From Candidatus Uhrbacteria bacterium (GTDB lineage: Bacteria; Patescibacteriota; Patescibacteriia; UBA9934; GWF2-40-263): a stretch of 64,000 bases of DNA. Shown one piece after another: positions 50,503-56,778 of this stretch. Position 1 is the first letter of the stretch. Every line of letters begins with the position of its first letter. The notes beneath the pieces were generated by a model. The model had not been told where the DNA came from. It saw nothing but the letters and a program-made list of their open reading frames with translations, and did no database searches. The position numbers and the translations under genes were made by a program. The stretch is from the NCBI GenBank assembly GCA_037131775.1, contig JBAXQK010000001.1:76708-140707 (forward strand), written 5' to 3'.

Positions 50503-51387
50503 ATGTCTACTTCATCTACCCCAATCCCAGCCGTCCCGCAGAAGTCCGGCTTTGCCGTGCTCATCGGCCGCAGCAACGTGGGAAAGTCCACGCTGCTTAA
50601 CACGATGGTCGGAACGAAGGTGGCCATCACCACCCCGAAGCCGCAGACCACCCGCCTTCCGGTGCAGGGCATCTTGTCGCGCCCGGACGGCCAGGTGGTG
50701 TTCGTGGACACGCCTGGGCTCATGAAGAAATCCAAGGACGCGCTCACGAAGAAGCTCGCGGAGTTCGTGAAGGAGTCGCTCAAGGACGTGGACGTGATCG
50801 TCTACGTCGTGGACCCGACCCGCGCGATCGGCGACGAGGAAAAGTCGGCGCTGGCGCTCATCCGCAACATTGAGAAGCCGAAAATCCTGGTTCTCAACAA
50901 GTGCGACCTCCGCGACCGCGCGTTCCTCGACCACTACAAGGATCTCTCCGATCAGTTTACGACCGTGATCGACGTGTCCGCCATGACCGGGACAAACGTG
51001 AACACGCTCATCGACGAGATCTTCTCCTACGCGAAGGAAGGCGACGCGTATTATCCGGAAGGCCAGGTCACGAGCATGAAGAGCGAGCTGTGGCTTGCCG
51101 AGCTCGTCCGCGAAAAGCTGTTCCTGCGCCTGCGCGAGGAGGTCCCGTACACGACTCACGTCGAGGTCGAGGACATGCAGAGCCGCGAGGACGGGACGCT
51201 GTACGTCGCCGCGACCATCTACACCACCGACGAGCGCTATAAGCGCATGATCATCGGCAAGGGCGGCCAGGGCGTAAAGGAAATCGGCCAGTCCACGCGC
51301 AACGAGCTGGAGGCCGTGATGATGCGCAAGGTATTCCTCGACCTGACGGTAGAGGTCGACTCGCACTGGGTCGACCGGCTCGGCTAA
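50503..51387 (+). CDS. era: GTPase Era
   Basis: GRSNVGKSTL, KPQTTR, DTPG, NKCD, KH domain IIGKGG. Confidence 0.98.
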   Translation: MSTSSTPIPAVPQKSGFAVLIGRSNVGKSTLLNTMVGTKVAITTPKPQTTRLPVQGILSRPDGQVVFVDTPGLMKKSKDALTKKLAEFVKESLKDVDVIVYVVDPTRAIGDEEKSALALIRNIEKPKILVLNKCDLRDRAFLDHYKDLSDQFTTVIDVSAMTGTNVNTLIDEIFSYAKEGDAYYPEGQVTSMKSELWLAELVREKLFLRLREEVPYTTHVEVEDMQSREDGTLYVAATIYTTDERYKRMIIGKGGQGVKEIGQSTRNELEAVMMRKVFLDLTVEVDSHWVDRLG

Positions 51388-51400
51388 TCGAACCGAACGA

Positions 51401-51431
51401 AAAACGACTTCGCTCACGGCGAGGTCGTTTT
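51401..51431. terminator. Possible bidirectional terminator
   Basis: AAAACGACTTCGC-TCACG-GCGAGGTCGTTTT at the convergent gene junction. Confidence 0.65.
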
Positions 51432-52100
51432 GATTTCCGAGACTTCGAAGCCTCGTAGCACGCTGTCGAACGACGCGTCCGCAGCCGGTTTCAGCGTGAC
51501 GGAGAGGATGAGCGGATTATCGACGTTCTTGAGGACGAGATACTCCGCGAACCAGTTGGACGCCTTGAGCGCGTCGACCTTTTGGAGTGTCCCATCGACG
51601 CGAATCCAGGCGGAGCTCGACAGTTCGTCCGTCTTGATCGTGAGCACGTCAGTCGCAGTTGGCAGGTCAGGCGCCGTCTGGTTCACGCTCGACAGGAATG
51701 ATTTCACCGAGTCCGTCCACGCAAGCGCGCCAGAGATCGTCGTGTCGAGAAGGCCAAGGCTCAGGGTCGTGCTTCCGCCCGTCACAAGCCCGTCGTACTG
51801 CGCGGACGACAGGACGAACTGTGACTTCGACGTGTCCACGACCATCGCGCCCGTCTGCCAGTCGTCCGCCTTCTTCCAAGATAATGCCGCATCCGTCGTC
51901 GCAACCCGTTCGCTGAGCACGACCGTCTGCGCCTCCGTCCCCGCCCCGAACCACTCCGCGATCTTCCCGCCGATCCCAAGGACGGTCTCACGCAGCGTCA
52001 GCGTGTCGCCCGCGCCAACGGTCAGCGCCGTCGACGGACCGGACGAACAGCCTGCGCCGACGAGAACAATCATCGCGACGATCGCGGCAAGCCGTCTCAT
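51414..52100 (-). CDS. Putative lipoprotein
   Basis: MRRLAAIV...LVGAGC lipobox-like signal. Confidence 0.75.
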   Translation of the reverse strand: MRRLAAIVAMIVLVGAGCSSGPSTALTVGAGDTLTLRETVLGIGGKIAEWFGAGTEAQTVVLSERVATTDAALSWKKADDWQTGAMVVDTSKSQFVLSSAQYDGLVTGGSTTLSLGLLDTTISGALAWTDSVKSFLSSVNQTAPDLPTATDVLTIKTDELSSSAWIRVDGTLQKVDALKASNWFAEYLVLKNVDNPLILSVTLKPAADASFDSVLRGFEVSEIKTTSP

Positions 52101-52360
52101 ACCTTGTCGCCGTTGGCCCACTTGCGGAGTGTCTCCTCGTCGGCTTCCCCGCAGATGAACTGCTTCGATTCGGTGTTATAGAAAAACGGCACCCCGCCAC
52201 ACAGCCCGCGGTCATACTCCGCCAGCTTGGCCGCGTTCTTTTCGTTATGCCAGGTTTCCAGCTTCTCGATCGCGATTCCCTCCTTGATCAGCCTGTCGAT
52301 CATCGGCATCATCTTCAGGCAGTGGCCGCATTCGGAGCCGTAAAATTCGTATAATGCCAT
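52097..52360 (-). CDS. Thioredoxin/glutaredoxin-like protein
   Basis: EFYGSECGHC, CGGVPFF; start at ATG 52360. Confidence 0.88.
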   Translation of the reverse strand: MALYEFYGSECGHCLKMMPMIDRLIKEGIAIEKLETWHNEKNAAKLAEYDRGLCGGVPFFYNTESKQFICGEADEETLRKWANGDKV

Positions 52361-52365
52361 AGGAT

Positions 52366-52400
52366 AGTGAGTAGTGAGTGGTGAGTAGTTTGTGGTTAGT
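52366..52400. repeat. 7-mer tandem array, half element
   Basis: AGTGAGT AGTGAGT GGTGAGT AGTTTGT GGTTAGT; the A/C-rich strand directly precedes the thioredoxin ATG. Confidence 0.85.
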
Positions 52401-52413
52401 ATATAGTATTCCC

Positions 52414-53064
52414 ATGAAAACGTCCCATCGGGCAACCATCGTCCTGTTCGTCCTCATGGTCACGACGCTGCTCGTCGGCCAGCGCTTTGGATTCGCTTGG
52501 GCCGGGGGATCAGGATACGTCCCTTCGCAACTCGCTGGAATCGTCGCGATGGTTGGGACGCCTACCGTCGATCATGCCGGGACCATTCGGGATGCCGTTC
52601 TATGGAAATCCGTCGCACGCGGGGAAACCGTCCGAACCATCGCCGGACAGCGCGTCAAGCTTCAAATCGCCCTTGGGCATTCCGTCTCGCTCGATGAGAA
52701 CACGGACGTGACCGTCGAGGAAAACGACGCGGACGGAATCCGGCTCAAGCTCCTTCGCGGCCGCGTCTACGCCGACGCGACGCCAATCGACGGACTCGCC
52801 AAGACGCTGTCCATCGACACGCTCGCTTCGCGGTCGACGATTACGACCGGCGCGATCACGGTCGTCAATTACGATTTCCTCTGGAAGGTTTCCATCGCGC
52901 CCATCGACACGGAGGCGGACGTGGTGGTCGGCGGCGACATGGATTTTCCGACGCGTTCCCCTATGAACGTAAACGACGCGACGGCCAACGTGATTGGCGG
53001 CGCCGCGTCGTTCAACATGTCTGCGCCGGACGTGGCGGACTTTTACGCGTGGGTCAAACGATAA
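52414..53064 (+). CDS. FecR-like domain membrane-anchored protein
   Basis: N-terminal TM; GETVRT...VSLDENTDV...LKLLRGRVY resembles FecR. Confidence 0.6.
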   Translation: MKTSHRATIVLFVLMVTTLLVGQRFGFAWAGGSGYVPSQLAGIVAMVGTPTVDHAGTIRDAVLWKSVARGETVRTIAGQRVKLQIALGHSVSLDENTDVTVEENDADGIRLKLLRGRVYADATPIDGLAKTLSIDTLASRSTITTGAITVVNYDFLWKVSIAPIDTEADVVVGGDMDFPTRSPMNVNDATANVIGGAASFNMSAPDVADFYAWVKR

Positions 53065-54169
53065 TCCCGCCGCCGATCATCTCCTCGCCGTCGTAGATCA
53101 CGATCGACTGTCCGGACGTGACGGCGCGGACAGGGTCGTCGAACTCGACGGTGATCTGCTCCGTGTCGACCACCCCTGACCCCTCCTGCCTATCAGGAGG
53201 GGAAACTTGGGTGGGGGGGACTTGGGTGATGGAGACGATCGTGCACGCTTGCAGCGGTTGGCGATAGCGGACGCGGGCGGAGAGCTTTTCTCCGACGACG
53301 GGGCGACGGAACCAGTTCGTAGACGTCGCGACGAGTTTCTTTTCAAACAACGCCGGATGAAAATTGCTCGAGACGATGAGCTGCTTCGTCTCGGGTTTTT
53401 TGTCGACCACGTAATACGGCGTTCCTCCCCCGACGTTCAGGCCGTGGCGCTGACCGATCGTATAGAACGCGACCCCCTCGTGCGTACCCACCACTTCCCC
53501 GCCCGTCGTGACGATCTCGCCCGGATCCTCCGGAATCCGTTCCTTCAAGAACTCACGGATGTCGACTTCCCCAACGAAACAAATCCCCGTCGAATCCTTC
53601 TTCTCCGCCGTCGACAACCCAAGCTCGCGCGCCTTCTCGCGAACCTCAGGCTTCGTCATCGCGCCGACCGGAAACAACAAGCGCGGCAGCACGGCCTTTG
53701 GGATCGCCCAGAGAAAGTACGTCTGGTCCTTGTTATCGTCGGAACCGGCGAGGATCCGGCCGTCGACGATCCGCGCATAATGCCCAGTCGCGACGAACGC
53801 GCAGCCGAGACGGTCCGCCTCTTTGACGAACAGGTCGAACTTTACGTACTTATTGCACAGCACGTCGGGATTCGGCGTCCGTCCCGCCGCGTACTCCTGA
53901 TACAGATTCTCGACGACGAGGTCGCGATACTGCTTCTCGAAGTCGAACGTGACGAACGGAATCCCAAGCTTCGCCGCCACCCGCATCGCGTCACGCCGCT
54001 CGGTGCGCCAGCCGCACTCCTTCGTCTCTCCATCGCACTTGATCTCCGTCCAGTTCTTCATGAACGCCCCGATCACCTCGTACCCCTGCTCCAACAGCAA
54101 CGCCGCGGCCACGGACGAATCCACGCCGCCGGACATGCCGAGAAGAACTTTCTTGGGAGCTTCTTCCAT
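53054..54169 (-). CDS. mnmA: tRNA 2-thiouridylase MnmA
   Basis: GMSGGVDSSV, GRTPNPDVLCN, ATGHYA, KDQTYFL, KKDSTGICF. Confidence 0.98.
   Translation of the reverse strand: MEEAPKKVLLGMSGGVDSSVAAALLLEQGYEVIGAFMKNWTEIKCDGETKECGWRTERRDAMRVAAKLGIPFVTFDFEKQYRDLVVENLYQEYAAGRTPNPDVLCNKYVKFDLFVKEADRLGCAFVATGHYARIVDGRILAGSDDNKDQTYFLWAIPKAVLPRLLFPVGAMTKPEVREKARELGLSTAEKKDSTGICFVGEVDIREFLKERIPEDPGEIVTTGGEVVGTHEGVAFYTIGQRHGLNVGGGTPYYVVDKKPETKQLIVSSNFHPALFEKKLVATSTNWFRRPVVGEKLSARVRYRQPLQACTIVSITQVPPTQVSPPDRQEGSGVVDTEQITVEFDDPVRAVTSGQSIVIYDGEEMIGGGIIV
53167..53206 (-). repeat. CCCCTCCT hairpin element, copy 5 (compensatory variant, in frame in mnmA)
   Basis: CCCCTCCTG-ATAGG-CAGGAGGGG-TCAGGGGTGGTC; encodes VSPPDRQEGSGVV. 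Confidence 0.95.
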
Positions 54170-54202
54170 ATGATTTCCGGAGTTTGCCACAGATTTGGCC
54201 AA

Positions 54203-54242
54203 TTGACAATCCTCCGATCCCATTGGATACTTACCGGAGAGG
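54203..54242 (+). promoter_or_regulatory. Promoter and SD of the receiver-like orphan
   Basis: TTGACA-N17-GATACT, then GGAGAGG 7 nt before the ATG. Confidence 0.65.
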
Positions 54243-54249
54243 TCGAACC

Positions 54250-54660
54250 ATGGAACCAAAGCTCATTCTGATCGTCTGTCCAAAGACCCACCAGACCTTC
54301 TTCGAACGGTCGCTTCGCGAGGCGCTCGACAAGGAGCGCATCTGCTACGTCTTCGTCCACTGCGACACCGTCGCCGATGCCGCCGCGAGCATGGACCAGG
54401 CCGGATACCCGGACTTCGTCGTGTGCGACAAGGACGCCGGAGCCGAAGACGCGTACTTCGACCTCCTGCGCAAGGTCCGCCACGCCGGCGAGTCGATGCC
54501 GTTCGTCGTCTGGAGCACGTCGTTCCATCCGGATACGGCCGGGCTGATCACCAGACTGAACGCACTCACCGTCTCGTGGGGCACCCCCGGCGGCCTCGCC
54601 CGCCTCAACCGCTACGCCGTCACCCTCCTCCACGGCCAGCGCCGCGCGCTCGTGTCCTGA
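54250..54660 (+). CDS. Stand-alone atypical receiver (REC)-like domain protein
   Basis: LILIV...PDFVVCD...MPFVVWST beta/alpha pattern; lacks the acidic pair and the conserved Lys. Confidence 0.6.
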   Translation: MEPKLILIVCPKTHQTFFERSLREALDKERICYVFVHCDTVADAAASMDQAGYPDFVVCDKDAGAEDAYFDLLRKVRHAGESMPFVVWSTSFHPDTAGLITRLNALTVSWGTPGGLARLNRYAVTLLHGQRRALVS

Positions 54661-54684
54661 TCTCGATTCGTCGAGGTCTTTTTT
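54659..54684 (+). terminator. Intrinsic terminator
   Basis: GATCTCGA-TTCG-TCGAGGTC-TTTTTT overlapping the TGA stop. Confidence 0.8.
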
Positions 54685-54694
54685 GTTCGATCCG

Positions 54695-54741
54695 TTGACA
54701 TCGGGAATTTTTTATGATAGCCTTTCGCCAGGAGAAATTCA
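54695..54741 (+). promoter_or_regulatory. Promoter and SD of orphan paralog A
   Basis: TTGACA-N17-TAGCCT-N5-CAGGAGAAATTCA-ATG. Confidence 0.8.
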
Positions 54742-55347
54742 ATGGAAACAGCAATTCAACACGCCGTCCTTTTGCCAAGGTCAGCCGAGATTCTCAGGCT
54801 CGAACAAAATTTCTCACGTTCTGGCCTGGGAAACCCATTTCTCGCATGGGCATGCCCAGTCGTTTGCGCGGCGGCCATCCTCCTGTTCTGCCGGGGCATC
54901 TGGGTCGAGATCGGTATGGCATTCGTTACTACGGCGTTCGCCTACCTGATGCTTCGAGATCTGCGAATCCTGTACTCTGCCATCAGGTACAGGCAGAACC
55001 CGTTCCTCAGCCTCGCAGAAGACGCGAACGAGAGGTTCCAGATCTTCAATCGGACGGCAGACGTCCTCTCCGCCTACGCGAAGAACGTCTCCTCCGGCAT
55101 TATCCGCGCAACGGCCACCGAGGACGCGATCGTTGCGGACCTCATCGCGGAAGGCGAGGCGCTTCGGGCCTACGCCCTGCGGCTCGAGAAGCTGTTCGAG
55201 GACGAAAGCGTCTCGCCGCTGATCGCCCAGAGGATCGTCTCGGAATACGCGCGAGACCTCCGCGAGATCGAGCAAAGACCTCGGGCGAACTTCAACAGGG
55301 TCCTGGACGAGATGAAACTCGCATCGGTACATCCCACGAACGGCTAA
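54742..55347 (+). CDS. Orphan 2-TM plus helical protein, paralog A
   Basis: two TM segments then EDAIVADLIAEGEALRAYALRLEKLF; similar to 55950-56720. Confidence 0.8.
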   Translation: METAIQHAVLLPRSAEILRLEQNFSRSGLGNPFLAWACPVVCAAAILLFCRGIWVEIGMAFVTTAFAYLMLRDLRILYSAIRYRQNPFLSLAEDANERFQIFNRTADVLSAYAKNVSSGIIRATATEDAIVADLIAEGEALRAYALRLEKLFEDESVSPLIAQRIVSEYARDLREIEQRPRANFNRVLDEMKLASVHPTNG

Positions 55348-55362
55348 TTGGCCGTTCTTTTT
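55335..55362 (+). terminator. Terminator containing the stop codon (shared with 56708-56737)
   Basis: CACGAACGGCTAATTGGCCGTTCTTTTT. Confidence 0.85.
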
Positions 55363-55400
55363 CTTGCGCAAAATAAAACGACCCAACGCTCGGCGTCGGG

Positions 55401-55862
55401 TCAGTCGGGAAGGTCGGGCCATTCCTCGAGGGAGATCTCTTCCTCGTAAAGGACGTTGAACACGAGGTAGAACAGGAACTGTTCGCAGAAGGCGCGGCTT
55501 CGCGGATCGTACGTCGGGAAGAGGCATCGGCTGCTCTCCGGCCTCGTGATCGCCCTTCCGCGACAGACGGTCGGCGTTCCGTTTGCCGCGTCCACGCGCA
55601 GCTCGATTCTCGCGTCAAAGAAACACTCGCGACGACGAAAGGAACGCACGTCCAGTCCGCGCGCGACCGGAAACCGTTCCAGCCTCGGCAAAACGTATCC
55701 GCGGGGCAGGGCCATCCGCCGAAGCGCAGCACACCCGCTTGAAAAATCAGTGGGACGCGCCCGATGCGTCGAGACCATCCGATAGTACGCGGGAAACTCG
55801 GCGTTCGCCCAGTCGAGCAAAAGGGCCTTGGTAACCCTCGAGGAAACGGTTGGAAGGAACAT
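55401..55862 (-). CDS. Orphan hypothetical protein (153 aa)
   Basis: fills the gap between the paralogs; ATG at 55862; stop overlaps the hairpin GACCCGACGC-CGA-GCGTTGGGTC-GTTTTATTTT. Confidence 0.55.
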   Translation of the reverse strand: MFLPTVSSRVTKALLLDWANAEFPAYYRMVSTHRARPTDFSSGCAALRRMALPRGYVLPRLERFPVARGLDVRSFRRRECFFDARIELRVDAANGTPTVCRGRAITRPESSRCLFPTYDPRSRAFCEQFLFYLVFNVLYEEEISLEEWPDLPD

Positions 55863-55902
55863 GAGGGACAGGATGCCAGAAAGAGAGGCGGATGTCCACG
55901 GA

Positions 55903-55949
55903 TTGACAATCAACCAAATTATTGATAGCATCCGCGCAGGAGAATTTCC
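55903..55949 (+). promoter_or_regulatory. Promoter and SD of orphan paralog B
   Basis: TTGACA-N17-TAGCAT-N5-CAGGAGAATTTCC-ATG. Confidence 0.8.
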
Positions 55950-56720
55950 ATGCAGAAGCATTTTCCGAGCATCAGAACGCCATACGAGGCCAGGTCTGCG
56001 TCCGATGACGCGCGAAGAAACGCGAAAGGGATCGCGTTCAGCATTGGACTCGTGGTTGCCAACACGGCCAACATCGGATGGGTTGCAAACACGTGGTTCC
56101 ACATCCTGAGCTCCCATCCGACCGTCGGACTGTTCCTTGGGTCCTCTGCCGCCGGGACGTTCCTTCTCGCCTACCACGGCTGGCTTCTCGTCAGTCTCCG
56201 ACGCTCGTTCCATGCGCGGAAGATCGTCAAGAGCGTCGACGGCGGCACGGCATGCGATCCGAAGATCGCCGACGCGCTGACAATCGTCGGCATCTCGCTC
56301 GTCACGGCGGTCGAGCGGTACGACGCGATGGTCAAGCGGTGGAGGGCATACGAGGACGGCGTCGGGCTCGAGCTCATCGATCGCCTTCCCGACGAGGATA
56401 CGATCCGCGACGCGATGGTCACGGCGGGAGAGGAGCTGGAGGCGTACGCAAAGGGGATCGACCTTCTCTTCAGGCGCCGGGCCCTCATCAAGGAGCTGTC
56501 CGCGTCGGCCGTCACCAATCCGCTCCCGACGTTCTCATCGACCCTCGACAATCTCCGCCTCGCCGACGAGCGTCTCAAGAACGCGTTCGCCCTGCGCGAA
56601 AACCTCCCCGCCGTCGACCCCGAGCGCCTCCTCGCCGAGCCGCTCAACCTCGCCAAGCTCAACGCGCTGGACAAGGACATGGCAAGGATCCCCGTCCCTG
56701 CGCAACTCACGAACGGCTAA
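55950..56720 (+). CDS. Orphan 2-TM plus helical protein, paralog B
   Basis: two TM segments then EDTIRDAMVTAGEELEAYAKGIDLLF; ends TNG* like paralog A. Confidence 0.8.
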   Translation: MQKHFPSIRTPYEARSASDDARRNAKGIAFSIGLVVANTANIGWVANTWFHILSSHPTVGLFLGSSAAGTFLLAYHGWLLVSLRRSFHARKIVKSVDGGTACDPKIADALTIVGISLVTAVERYDAMVKRWRAYEDGVGLELIDRLPDEDTIRDAMVTAGEELEAYAKGIDLLFRRRALIKELSASAVTNPLPTFSSTLDNLRLADERLKNAFALRENLPAVDPERLLAEPLNLAKLNALDKDMARIPVPAQLTNG

Positions 56721-56737
56721 ATGGCCGTTCTTTTTTT
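56708..56737 (+). terminator. Terminator containing the stop codon (shared with 55335-55362)
   Basis: CACGAACGGCTAAATGGCCGTTCTTTTTTT. Confidence 0.85.
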
Positions 56738-56747
56738 CGAAATCGAA

Positions 56748-56771
56748 AATCCGCCGCATTTGCGGCGGATT
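56748..56771 (-). terminator. Terminator of the VirD4-like gene
   Basis: AATCCGCCGC-ATTT-GCGGCGGATT hairpin with T-run on the minus strand. Confidence 0.7.
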
Positions 56772-56778
56772 ATTGTAT

